From positions 1,085 through 65,084 of the forward strand of contig DATDRP010000002.1 in NCBI GenBank assembly GCA_035291665.1: a stretch of 64,000 nucleotides of DNA, read 5' to 3'. The position numbers and the translations under genes were made by a program. Shown one piece after another: positions 10,155 through 19,535 of the stretch (the first letter of the stretch is position 1; each line of letters starts with the position of its first letter). The notes beneath the pieces are model-generated. The model was not told the origin of the DNA, did not search any database, and worked only from the letters and a program-made list of their open reading frames with translations. The stretch comes from Patescibacteria group bacterium. Its GTDB lineage: Bacteria; Patescibacteriota; Microgenomatia; UBA8517.

Positions 10155-11186
10155 TTAATCGTATATAGTCTCCCCTTCTTTAATATCTCCGCCGGTAATT
10201 TCTGTTCTGTCTTCCCCCTCAAGACCTATTTCAACAAAAACTTTTCCGTCTTTGTCCGATGTGTGGACAAAATATTTACCATTTTCGACGTTTACAAATC
10301 TTGGAGGAACAAATAATACGTTCTCTTTTTCTTGAAGTATAAATTTCGCATCACCGGATAATCCGATCCTGTATTTCTTGATATCCATGTTCTCATTCTC
10401 AAAACCCACCCTAACTTTATAAACGCTACCGACTTCACCTGCTCTCGGGGTGTACGAAATAAATACAATTTTACCTTTCAGGGTATCGTCAGGCAATGAG
10501 TCAAGCAAAATTTCAACATCCTGCCCGACAAAGAGGTTAAGTACCTCTGTTTGATCTGCAGTGACGTCAAAATACATCGTTTCCGGATTGATAAGTTCTA
10601 TTTGAGTTTCGCTGGCCAAAACAAATACGCCTGAATACGGATGGGCAACTGCAGTCACAATACCAGCAAATGGCGCTGTGATAGTTGCATTTCTCAAATT
10701 ATATTCTGCGGCGACAAACGCTTCATAAGCCTTATCTTTTGTTACTTCAGCTGTTGTACGTGTATCTTTTTGTAAAAATGTTTCATCATTGTCGTTATCC
10801 TTAACCTGGTCATGAACGTACTCAACTGTCGCTTCGGCTGCCCGTAAAGTAGCTTTAGCCTGCTGGTAATAAGTGTTTAGGACTGTTGTATCAAGTTTGG
10901 CAAGCGCCATCCCTTTTTTGACCGTATCACCTTCTTTAGCACTAATCCATGCAATATCTCCTGAAGTAGGGAATCCCAATTTGGCGTATTCATCCGCGGT
11001 AATTTCTCCTGATAGAACAAGCTCCTGCGTTACCTTACCCCACTCAACAACTGATTTTTCCTTACCGCTGTTTTTACCGACAGTGAGCTTATACCCAATA
11101 AACGCGGCTATTACTATTAATATAATGGTAAAAAACCAGAATTTTTTTGTTTTAAGAAAACTTTTCTTTTGATTTTTATCTTTCAT
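10155..11186 (-). CDS. HlyD/MacA-family periplasmic adaptor
   Basis: N-terminal TM anchor, coiled-coil hairpin, beta-barrel region. Operon with the ABC ATPase and permease. Confidence 0.75.
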   Translation of the reverse strand: MKDKNQKKSFLKTKKFWFFTIILIVIAAFIGYKLTVGKNSGKEKSVVEWGKVTQELVLSGEITADEYAKLGFPTSGDIAWISAKEGDTVKKGMALAKLDTTVLNTYYQQAKATLRAAEATVEYVHDQVKDNDNDETFLQKDTRTTAEVTKDKAYEAFVAAEYNLRNATITAPFAGIVTAVAHPYSGVFVLASETQIELINPETMYFDVTADQTEVLNLFVGQDVEILLDSLPDDTLKGKIVFISYTPRAGEVGSVYKVRVGFENENMDIKKYRIGLSGDAKFILQEKENVLFVPPRFVNVENGKYFVHTSDKDGKVFVEIGLEGEDRTEITGGDIKEGETIYD

Positions 11187-11351
11187 ATGATTTCTTCAGT
11201 TTCAGCTTTTTTGACAGCAAAATCGTGTAAGCTCTAAACAGCCAACTTAGTCGAGTATATCAATAAGTTGAGTTCTTCTCAAACCTATATTAATCATATT
11301 ATTAGCTCATCTGTTGGTAGCTTTTGTTACAATTTGATATCATATATTGCC

Positions 11352-11960
11352 ATGAATTCTTATACAGAAATCTTTTTTGATGTAGAAACAAAAAAGATAT
11401 TTGCCGATATTCCCGACTTTGATCCCGGGAAATTAGGTGTTTCAATCGTTTCCGTATACAAACGGATTATCGATGACAATTATACCGAAATTGAAGGTAA
11501 AATGGAAAGTTTTTGGGAAGAGGATTTTGACAAGATGTGGCCGGTTTTTAGCGATGCCAAAAGAATAATTGGCTTTAACACTTTGCGTTTTGATGTTGCC
11601 GCACTGAAACCTTATGCACCGCCATATTTTGCAAAACTTCCGCATTTTGATATCTATGCAGAGATTAAAAAAGTATCCGAACATGCAGCCGGTTTGTCTG
11701 CAATAGCAAAAGAAACGCTCGACAGGGATAAAATCGATGACGGACTTAATGCTGTGTATTACTGGGAAAAGGGTGATAAAGAAAGTCTTGAGAAATTAAA
11801 AAATTATTGTGAGGACGATGTCCTTTTGACAAAAGATATATATGAACATGCCCTGAAGCTTGGTGAAGTTTCATTCAAGGACCGATGGAATACACTCCGA
11901 AAAGTTAAGGTTGATTTTTCGTACCCGAAAGATGAAACACCTCAGTCCTCACTTTTTTAA
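11352..11960 (+). CDS. DEDDy-type 3'-5' exonuclease domain protein
   Basis: Exo I motif FFDVET, Exo III motif YCEDDVLLTKDIY. Start set at the internal ATG at 11352 (MNSYTEIFF); the ORF track extends it to 11268. Confidence 0.6.
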   Translation: MNSYTEIFFDVETKKIFADIPDFDPGKLGVSIVSVYKRIIDDNYTEIEGKMESFWEEDFDKMWPVFSDAKRIIGFNTLRFDVAALKPYAPPYFAKLPHFDIYAEIKKVSEHAAGLSAIAKETLDRDKIDDGLNAVYYWEKGDKESLEKLKNYCEDDVLLTKDIYEHALKLGEVSFKDRWNTLRKVKVDFSYPKDETPQSSLF

Positions 11961-12012
11961 TTTCAAATCTATTTTAAAAGATTCTTTTACTCCCTACTAT
12001 AGGAAATAGTAC

Positions 12013-12768
12013 CTATCTTAAACCCACGATACATGCAAAACGGCCTTGTTGGGAAATGGGTAGATTATGCTCCCGTACATGGGAAAAGAACCTTTCATCT
12101 TTGGCCGTATCTATTCCGCTTTCGAAAAAGTTATTTTTTGAAACACCGGAATCGATCAACTGCTTTTTTACAAAACCCTGCAAATCTACCTTAAACTGAT
12201 CTCCAGCGATTTTATGCATGAAATCTTTCCATCTCGGGTCATCTTTTTGCGAAGGATTAACTTTTATGAACGAATCCTGATGAACAGAAGGTCCGATCCC
12301 GACAACCAAGTCGCCAATCTTTGAGTTATACTTTGACTTGAACTTTTCTACTACCTTTCCGGCAATATTTTTGTCCACGCCTTTCCACCCGGCATGGACC
12401 AGAGCAACGACATTATTAACGGGGTCGTAAATAATAATTGGCAGACAATCGGCAATAAGAAGAAAAAGATAAATCTCCTTTTTATCTGTTATCAACCCGT
12501 CAACTTTTACGGCTTTGTGATAATCAAGAATGCTGACTCCGGCTAACTTCGGATCTGCATCAATGATTTCATCTCCATGGGTCACCCACATACAAACTGT
12601 ACTTTTTATATCAACGTCGATATTGTTTAAAAAGTGGGCTCTGTTCTCCGACACCTTTTCAAAATCGTTAACCACTCCGTTAATCGAATTTGCCATGTTT
12701 CCATCACTCTTATCCGAAAAAACATGGAATAAATACTTATACTTAAGGAGTTGTGGAATTTTATACAT
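12013..12768 (-). CDS. pgeF: PgeF/YfiH (DUF152) family purine nucleoside phosphorylase/laccase-domain protein
   Basis: Conserved HAGWKG motif and surrounding family pattern. Confidence 0.7.
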   Translation of the reverse strand: MYKIPQLLKYKYLFHVFSDKSDGNMANSINGVVNDFEKVSENRAHFLNNIDVDIKSTVCMWVTHGDEIIDADPKLAGVSILDYHKAVKVDGLITDKKEIYLFLLIADCLPIIIYDPVNNVVALVHAGWKGVDKNIAGKVVEKFKSKYNSKIGDLVVGIGPSVHQDSFIKVNPSQKDDPRWKDFMHKIAGDQFKVDLQGFVKKQLIDSGVSKNNFFESGIDTAKDERFFSHVREHNLPISQQGRFACIVGLR

Positions 12769-12777
12769 ATTAAAATA

Positions 12778-13326
12778 TTAAAGTAAATTTAAATCTTTTA
12801 TAAAATAATTGCCGGTCGCTACTTCCAGTCTTTTTTGATGTGTACCGTGTACAAATGCCTTTGCTTCATTGGAAGCCAAATCGATTGCTTTACCGATCCA
12901 TCCGTTCATTGTCGGAACGAATATTTCTTTAATGCCGTAGTTTTTCATATGTGGTATGCATCGAACACAAGTATAAACTTCCTTAAAAAATAACATTCCC
13001 GATTTCGGGAAAAAACCTGCCACATACAGTTGTGAGCGATTTATTGCATTGTTTTTTAATAGTGCATTGTTGATTGCTTCAATTTCAGCATGATTTGCCA
13101 TTCCCTGCCTTACGGGTCTAACAAGTTTCCCAATCGATAAATGAGCAATCGCACGATTAAATCCTTCGCCAACTACTATTCCATCATTAATAAGGATACT
13201 CCCATATCTTTCCACACCTTTTGACTGTCTGGCCAGTTTGATACATTGCAAATATTTTTCATCCTTCAAAATATCCGGGATGAACTTCTGCTCTACCGAA
13301 CCATTTTTCAATTCACAATACGTCAT
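12778..13326 (-). CDS. CMP/dCMP-type (cytidine/deoxycytidylate) zinc deaminase family protein
   Basis: HAEIEAI zinc-binding motif and downstream TCVRC (PCxxC-type) motif. Confidence 0.65.
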   Translation of the reverse strand: MTYCELKNGSVEQKFIPDILKDEKYLQCIKLARQSKGVERYGSILINDGIVVGEGFNRAIAHLSIGKLVRPVRQGMANHAEIEAINNALLKNNAINRSQLYVAGFFPKSGMLFFKEVYTCVRCIPHMKNYGIKEIFVPTMNGWIGKAIDLASNEAKAFVHGTHQKRLEVATGNYFIKDLNLL

Positions 13327-13456
13327 GATTTTTGATTAAGTAAATTATTATTGCCAATAAACACTTAACAAAGCCTGCTTGAAATACGTTAAATGCTTCA
13401 TAATTTTCAATATTTGATTACGAATTTATCAGCTTAGAAGGTATAATACAACCAGT

Positions 13457-14173
13457 ATGAAAATTGATATTTTGACACTTTTTCCCGATATGTTTACCGG
13501 CCCTTTTGGAACATCGATGCTCAAAAAAGCCCAAGATGACGGATTTGTTGAGATTAATATCCACAACCTTCGGGATTGGGCTACGGATAAACATAAAACT
13601 GTCGATGACCACCCGTATGGGGGTGGAGCGGGAATGGTAATCCGTGTTGATATTGTTGACCGGGCACTCCAAAATATTAAACCGAAAACAAAAAACCAAA
13701 AAACGAAAACTGTTTTGCTTTCAGCCAAAGGAGAGCTTTACACTCAACAAAAAGCTCTGGAATATTCAAAATTGGACCATCTTATATTGATTGCCGGACA
13801 TTATGAAGGTGTTGACGAAAGGGTTGCCCAGAATCTGATTGATGAGGAAATTTCCATCGGAGAATATGTTCTTACCGGTGGTGAAATCCCTACAATGGTG
13901 ATAACGGATTCGGTGGTACGGCTTATTCCGGGAGTTCTTAATCCCGATTCGTTATTGCAGGAGTCTCACTCCCCTATATCTCACTCACAGCCCACAACCC
14001 ACCCCCCACTTTCCTCTCCTACAACCTATAACCAACAACCCACAACTAATGTCGAGTATCCCCAATACACCCGTCCTGAAGATTACAACGGTTGGAAAGT
14101 TCCAGTTGTATTACTATCCGGCAACCACAAGGAAATAGAAAAGTGGAGAAAAGAAAAATCTTCCCATCCATAG
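13457..14173 (+). CDS. trmD: tRNA (guanine37-N1)-methyltransferase with a P/T/S-rich low-complexity insertion near the C-terminus
   Basis: MKIDILTLFPDMF...DHPYGGGAGMV...YTRPEDYNGWKVPVVLLSGNH. The insertion is HSPISHSQPTTHPPLSSPTTYNQQPTTN. Confidence 0.85.
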   Translation: MKIDILTLFPDMFTGPFGTSMLKKAQDDGFVEINIHNLRDWATDKHKTVDDHPYGGGAGMVIRVDIVDRALQNIKPKTKNQKTKTVLLSAKGELYTQQKALEYSKLDHLILIAGHYEGVDERVAQNLIDEEISIGEYVLTGGEIPTMVITDSVVRLIPGVLNPDSLLQESHSPISHSQPTTHPPLSSPTTYNQQPTTNVEYPQYTRPEDYNGWKVPVVLLSGNHKEIEKWRKEKSSHP

Positions 14174-14196
14174 AATTTGTCAGTCACTATTTAAGT

Positions 14197-16851
14197 TTAC
14201 TCACGGATTCTCTCCGGTAAGGGAAGTAGATTAACAATTTCCCATCCCCCGTAAAATTCGTCTTTTTTTATTTGAACATGCAAAAAGGTCCGTAAAAATT
14301 CTCTGTCATTCCGTTTTTTGAAATACAGGTCAAGCTCGGTCTTTTTATTCCGGTACAAATTTCCATCCAATTTACAATGAATAAGACCGTTTCGCTCCAA
14401 AGTTACAAAATGTGTTTGCGAAGGCTGAAAATATCTCCAAGAGGCAATGCTCCCAATTGTTTTTTGTAATTTTTTGTTCTCTTCAAATTGATAATCGGGA
14501 AATATTTCCTCTGAAGGATCACCTGTAAAACTGACACCGAAATGCTGCATTTGGTGAAGCCCCAAATCAATTGAATCAACTGCTGCATCTTTCTTCACCC
14601 ATAACAAATTGTATGCGGTTTTTTGAATGATATTTGAACCAATCAGGTCATAACCCAATATAACTTTTCCATTTTCTGAGTACGTTTTACTGAGGGTTTT
14701 TGCGGGTGTCAAAAGCCCAATCCCCGATTCTCTTCTGGCAGCATTGAGATACACTTGTAATGGATACATTCCACCTCTCCCGGTTGCTGCTCTTCTGAGT
14801 CTGGAACTCCAAAATTCTGCTGGTTCCTCTTGCTTTGAAACCATCTCATGCAAAACTTCTTCTGTTTTTGCATCAGAATGACCCCTGGCAAATCCATACC
14901 CCACCCTGAATACATCGCTGAAAAGCTGATCCGATATTCCTTTGGGGTATTTGGAAAATATTAAATTTTTAATTTTAACGAACAAAACATCCTGCTCTAT
15001 ACCCGGGAGATTTTTTGACAACATTTTCAAAACCCTGTACGAATTCTCTTCACCCAGACCTAAACTTCCGACAAGTTGCATAATTTGTTCAGGATATAAA
15101 AAAACGCCTTCCGTATTCTTTGTAATCTTGACCAATTCGGGGTAAGGAGCATATATACTTGTTATGTTTTCAATCCCCTGATAAAGAGAACTTTTCGCCT
15201 TGGCAGAAGCTGGTCGTATGCTTCCTTCGATATTTGAAAGATCTTTAAATTCAGGTTTTCTCCCCGCTTTTTTCAAAGATTTTCCCATATGATTTATGGC
15301 AAGCATTGCGGTTGGACTTTCAATGGTTCCGATTCCAATTGTTGAATTTCTATCGTAAAAAATAGAGTCCAGAGCTTTACTAATCTGTGTAGTATTTATT
15401 TCATAAGTGTTATTTACTTCTTCCACAATACCCAATCCGATATTCGTAGGGAAATCATATTTTGGTGCGTGTATCACATCTTCGGCATCTTTCTTCTGCA
15501 TCTGAAGTACACCCGAATGATATATGGGGGCAATATCAACAGCAACTACTCCGGGGTGTACTATCACTTTACCCTCAGGAATATCCGCTTTTTCAATAAT
15601 TTCTTTATCTTTGTCTTTGAGACCGGAATTCTTCAACGAATCCTTTCTTAAATGCGAAACTATTCCCAGCACATGTGTCCGACCGGAACGAGTTGCATAT
15701 TTTACGAGTTTGGGCCTTCCTGAATCTGAAACTGAGCGGTCAATATCCGGAAAATCAACCATCCCAACTGCACCCATTCTGTACTCATTGATGAACCTGT
15801 CAAAATTCGTTGCCATTGCATCACTTGTACCAAATAAAACACTCACAGCCTGGCTATTACGACCGCTACCTTCAATATTGTTTGCGATATTTTTATCAAT
15901 ACAAAATAGATGGTGATCATACGATTCCAAAATATACCCAGCCAGATTGTACTTGTTGATTAACCTAAGCTCCATATTAATTCTTTCAATTACTTCCGGA
16001 CCGACTTTTTTTTGTGAAAGTTTATTTTCAATCAAGGCTCGCAAAACCCCACCAGCGCTCATCCCGCTATCAAACCACTTCATGATCTCAGGCTCCAAAA
16101 TCTTCGGTTGGGGAATGGGAACGTTAATCCCATCAGTAATCTCAAACGAGCGCTGAATTACATCAAGCCCCAATTCATGATAAAGTTTATAAATTTCTTC
16201 TTTGTCCGGAAATGTATGGAGTTTTAGATCCAGCCCCTCATACAGCTGAGGAATACTTGGAAATGCTTTACGCAGTATTTGATAGATATGGGCATCTTTT
16301 TCAGTAGCAACAGTCGGATGTGTAAGCACAAGCTTATGGTATTTTTGTTCCAAATTAAGCAAATTCGGAAGTGTATCTTTTGAAGGTGGAGTGTCCACCG
16401 CAATAAATACACCTTTTTCTCTTAATAAACCTTCATCTTCCACGAAATTGCCTCTTACAAGAGTGATTACATCCGGCTGAATTATTTCATCCCGATTCAG
16501 ATTACGATTTTTTGAAGCCAGATCTGAAATATTTTTAAGGCCTTCGATTGATTTTGCAATGAAAGTTATTTTTTCCGGAGGTGATAAAAAGCTTCTTCTG
16601 ACAGCGGGAAGTTCAATTCCTGGAAGTGCCCTGACTTTGTTCAAATCACAAAGTGAAAGATAAGTCCAAATACCGAAAAAATTATGATCAGTCAAAGCAG
16701 AAGGAATTCCCAATCGGATTGACTCCTCAATTATGTTGAGGGGAGAAGCTGAAGCTTCGAATCTTTGTCCTTTAAAGTCTCTTATTCTGGAATATATACT
16801 GCACGTTCGAACTGCAGCATATTCGAATTGAGGTACCTTTTCCCGTTCCAT
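14197..16851 (-). CDS. family C DNA polymerase, DnaE-like, divergent and short (884 aa, degenerate PHP domain)
   Basis: GSGRNSQAVSVLFG...ATNFDRFINEYRMGAVGMVDFPDIDRS parallels the DnaE GRGSAAGSLV...LLFERFLNPER..MPDFDVDF block. PHP-like N-terminus lacks the His ladder (VRTCSIYS...TDHNFFG). A YGFARGHS block is also present. Confidence 0.55.
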   Translation of the reverse strand: MEREKVPQFEYAAVRTCSIYSRIRDFKGQRFEASASPLNIIEESIRLGIPSALTDHNFFGIWTYLSLCDLNKVRALPGIELPAVRRSFLSPPEKITFIAKSIEGLKNISDLASKNRNLNRDEIIQPDVITLVRGNFVEDEGLLREKGVFIAVDTPPSKDTLPNLLNLEQKYHKLVLTHPTVATEKDAHIYQILRKAFPSIPQLYEGLDLKLHTFPDKEEIYKLYHELGLDVIQRSFEITDGINVPIPQPKILEPEIMKWFDSGMSAGGVLRALIENKLSQKKVGPEVIERINMELRLINKYNLAGYILESYDHHLFCIDKNIANNIEGSGRNSQAVSVLFGTSDAMATNFDRFINEYRMGAVGMVDFPDIDRSVSDSGRPKLVKYATRSGRTHVLGIVSHLRKDSLKNSGLKDKDKEIIEKADIPEGKVIVHPGVVAVDIAPIYHSGVLQMQKKDAEDVIHAPKYDFPTNIGLGIVEEVNNTYEINTTQISKALDSIFYDRNSTIGIGTIESPTAMLAINHMGKSLKKAGRKPEFKDLSNIEGSIRPASAKAKSSLYQGIENITSIYAPYPELVKITKNTEGVFLYPEQIMQLVGSLGLGEENSYRVLKMLSKNLPGIEQDVLFVKIKNLIFSKYPKGISDQLFSDVFRVGYGFARGHSDAKTEEVLHEMVSKQEEPAEFWSSRLRRAATGRGGMYPLQVYLNAARRESGIGLLTPAKTLSKTYSENGKVILGYDLIGSNIIQKTAYNLLWVKKDAAVDSIDLGLHQMQHFGVSFTGDPSEEIFPDYQFEENKKLQKTIGSIASWRYFQPSQTHFVTLERNGLIHCKLDGNLYRNKKTELDLYFKKRNDREFLRTFLHVQIKKDEFYGGWEIVNLLPLPERIRE

Positions 16852-16904
16852 ATAGAGCTATATAGATCCAAACTCTTAAGCCACTGTAATCAGCCACTAA
16901 TTAT

Positions 16905-16949
16905 ATAACTCCATGCAACTGCACACCCTTAGGGTGATACATGCGTACA
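16905..16949 (+). repeat. REP-A element (CACCCTTAGGGTG hairpin plus ACACCCTTTACCC) 3' of the RAYT gene
   Basis: gcaactgcacacccttagggtgatacatgcgtacaccctttaccc. Near-identical copy at 19395-19440. Confidence 0.7.
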
Positions 16950-16963
16950 CCCTTTACCCAAAC

Positions 16964-17629
16964 TCAATCAATTAATAAATATTTAATATTTCCAAGTTTC
17001 CGTTGATAATCAACTTGATTAGCTACAAATTTTCGATACATTAATCTTGAGCCTATAATTTCAAGAATTAGTTTTGAATCTACAAGGGTCTCTTTTTTAC
17101 CGAGATAAATCGGAAATGAGGTTAAGACGCTGTCTTTTAATTCTTTTGTATCCATTAAGTATGATGTCACCGGATTCAAATGGATGTATCTGGATACATG
17201 AAGCAGGGTTTCATCACTGCTGATATGCTTAGCTTTAAACGGATTTTGAAATAGTGAACCATGTCTTTTGTTTTTAACATTAAAATATTTTGCATAGCTA
17301 TTTTGGAAATTCGATAAAAAATTGCGGATTCCATTTTCAGCTGTTTGTCTGAGAAGTAAATGAAAATGATCAGGCATAAAACAGTACGCGTAAATTTCTA
17401 CAATCTTTTTATCAAATGAATTATTTTTAAGATAGTCCAGTTTCTGAAAATCTTTTAATTTATTGAAAAAGGAGTACCTTATAGTTTGCTCATAATGGTA
17501 AAAGGAAATTAAATTTAGAGCTCTTTCTATGTCTCTTTTCTTCGAGAAAGTCCATTCATTGGCAGTTGTCCTATTGTAAACATGGTAGGTTTCACCATTT
17601 GCAAACACAAGGTTGCGTTTTCTCGGCAT
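16964..17629 (-). mobile_element. REP-associated tyrosine transposase (RAYT, IS200-like Y1 HuH transposase)
   Basis: YHVYNRT N-terminus, HuH motif MPDHFHLLL, catalytic Tyr motif SRYIHLNPV. Flanked on both sides by inverted REP-A copies. Confidence 0.75.
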
Positions 17630-17646
17630 AGAAGATTTATAATTTA

Positions 17647-17767
17647 TTTTACAGATTTGGGGGTAGGGTGTAAATACAATTTCACCCTTGGGGTGTAAGG
17701 ATTTATTATTTTACAGATTTGGGGGTAGGGTGTAAATACAATTTCACCCTTGGGGTGTAAGGATTTA
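17647..17767 (+). repeat. tandem duplication (2 x about 61 bp) of REP-A in inverse orientation, 5' of the RAYT gene
   Basis: ttttacagatttgggggtagggtgtaaatacaatttcacccttggggtgtaaggattta appears twice head-to-tail. Its reverse complement matches the 16905 copy. Confidence 0.75.
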
Positions 17768-18322
17768 CTCCGATAAAATTGCAGTTACAACGAAGCGTTT
17801 TGTATCAAAAAATCCGCTGCAAGTATAAAGAGTTATTCTTCTATCTTCGGTCGGATTAAGAATCGAGGATTGGTAAGGTCCCACCTCCTGAGTAAAATGG
17901 ACGACAAATTTTCTGGTTGCTCCGCTTGCAAAATCTACATAAATCTCGTCATCCGGCTTAACTTTTGTCAGACTTTTTAATAAATTTGGGAAATTATGCC
18001 CGTAGATGATGCTGTTTCCTATTTCACCGGGGACGGGTGACGTTTCCAAATAGGAAACACCCTTTTTTGTCGATTCCCATCGGTTATTCACAATCTTGGA
18101 AGGAATTATCGGTAAGCTGGAGTCAATTGAAGGAATCCTTAATATTGTAGGATTAGAAAAGTCTGCCGGAACATTCCCGCTTATCAAACTGCTATTTTGA
18201 ACTTCCGGTGCCTGATTAAATTGAAGTCTTACAGAACTATTCCTCTCCCATATCAAATATCCAAAAGCACCAAATCCGATTAAACCCAAAAGAATTAGAA
18301 GGTTGGCAAATGCTTTACGCAT
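17765..18322 (-). CDS. sortase family transpeptidase
   Basis: N-terminal TM anchor, His motif IYGHN, catalytic Cys motif TLYTC, conserved Arg near the C-terminus. Confidence 0.8.
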   Translation of the reverse strand: MRKAFANLLILLGLIGFGAFGYLIWERNSSVRLQFNQAPEVQNSSLISGNVPADFSNPTILRIPSIDSSLPIIPSKIVNNRWESTKKGVSYLETSPVPGEIGNSIIYGHNFPNLLKSLTKVKPDDEIYVDFASGATRKFVVHFTQEVGPYQSSILNPTEDRRITLYTCSGFFDTKRFVVTAILSE

Positions 18323-18354
18323 AAATAAATATAAAGAAAATTACTAACTTAAGC

Positions 18355-19188
18355 TTAGTTGGCTTTTTTACGAAGCGCAACTCCTGCACTTGTCAGAAGT
18401 AGTGAAGCTGCAAAGACTGAGTATAAAATAGCTGAATTTCCGGTTGTTGCCAATCCGAGGACCGATCCGCCTCCGATTACTCTGTTTGAAGAAGGTTCAG
18501 ATGGCATACAATTATTGACTGCGTAGACAACAAAGTAATAGGTTGCATTAGGATCAAGAGCCTCAACTGTATAGCTGGTTACGTTTCCGGTATTAGGTAC
18601 ACCGTAAGGGTATTCTCCCAATTTTGTTCCGTAAGCCAGTGTGTAATGAGTGGCAAATTCCTCTTTTGTCCAGGTTATGGTTGCTTTACTTCCTGACTTT
18701 ACGACTGAAAGGATTTCAGGTGCATCCGGCCTTCTTGAATCACAAACCGGTGCTCCGGGAGGATTGTGCGGAGGATTGTCAGGTGGATTTGATTTGCAGC
18801 TATAATTGGCATTTTGGGCCAAATAAGGTGAGGATTCCAATCCCCAATCTGCTCCTGACGGAACGTAGTACCAACCAAGTTTTGTTAAAATATCAATTGC
18901 TGTTTGTTCAAGAGAACTAATTTTCCACCAATTTGTTTGAATTCCGCTTCCGTCTTCAGCACAAAAACACTGAATAAGATTCTCTCCTGTGTAATATACT
19001 GCATCCGACCCGCTGACACCTGTTTCACGGCCGACAATATAATGAGTTCCTGAGTCATAACTTACTTTTTTTGTCCCTTGGGGATTTGAACATGAAGGAA
19101 AGCTTGGTGCCTCAGTTGCTGAAACTGCTGCGGCCAAGACAAATACTAAGATCACCTGTGCTACGATAAATGCGACTCTTTTCAACAT
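18355..19188 (-). CDS. secreted fibronectin type III domain protein with LAxTG-like (LATTG) C-terminal sorting signal
   Basis: Signal peptide, Pro-rich linker, FN3 domain (ATITWTKEEF...YYFVVYAVN). C-terminus LGLATTGNS, hydrophobic stretch, then RKKAN. Confidence 0.6.
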   Translation of the reverse strand: MLKRVAFIVAQVILVFVLAAAVSATEAPSFPSCSNPQGTKKVSYDSGTHYIVGRETGVSGSDAVYYTGENLIQCFCAEDGSGIQTNWWKISSLEQTAIDILTKLGWYYVPSGADWGLESSPYLAQNANYSCKSNPPDNPPHNPPGAPVCDSRRPDAPEILSVVKSGSKATITWTKEEFATHYTLAYGTKLGEYPYGVPNTGNVTSYTVEALDPNATYYFVVYAVNNCMPSEPSSNRVIGGGSVLGLATTGNSAILYSVFAASLLLTSAGVALRKKAN

Positions 19189-19394
19189 AAATTTTGTTTT
19201 TCTGGGCAGAAAACAGGGTACTAACTAACTATGGCGGAATTATATAACATTATAGGAAGTTATGTCAAGTATTTTATATATCTTGATATATCGACTATCA
19301 ACCAGTCTGGGATCAACATACAATGAGTGAGATACAAATAAATTTTTAATATAGGCTTATACTATTATATATACTTATCTCAAACACCATAATT

Positions 19395-19440
19395 GCACAC
19401 TTGCACACCCTTAGGGTGAAACATGCGTACACCCTTTACT
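19395..19440 (+). repeat. REP-A copy
   Basis: gcacacttgcacacccttagggtgaaacatgcgtacaccctttact. Confidence 0.7.
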
Positions 19441-19485
19441 CTCCGCATATAAACTTGATCATAACCTGAACGATTGAGGGTTTTC

Positions 19486-19528
19486 GGGGTAAAGGGTGTA
19501 AATATAATTTCACCCTTGGGGTGTAAAT
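19486..19528 (+). repeat. REP-A copy, inverse orientation variant
   Basis: ggggtaaagggtgtaaatataatttcacccttggggtgtaaatg. Pairs with the 19395 copy in a BIME-like arrangement. Confidence 0.65.
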
Positions 19529-19535
19529 GCATTGC

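Noticed and set aside
13418-13728. Two overlapping minus-strand ORFs (93 and 99 aa)
   Set aside because: They overlap the 5' end of trmD on the opposite strand and have no supporting features.
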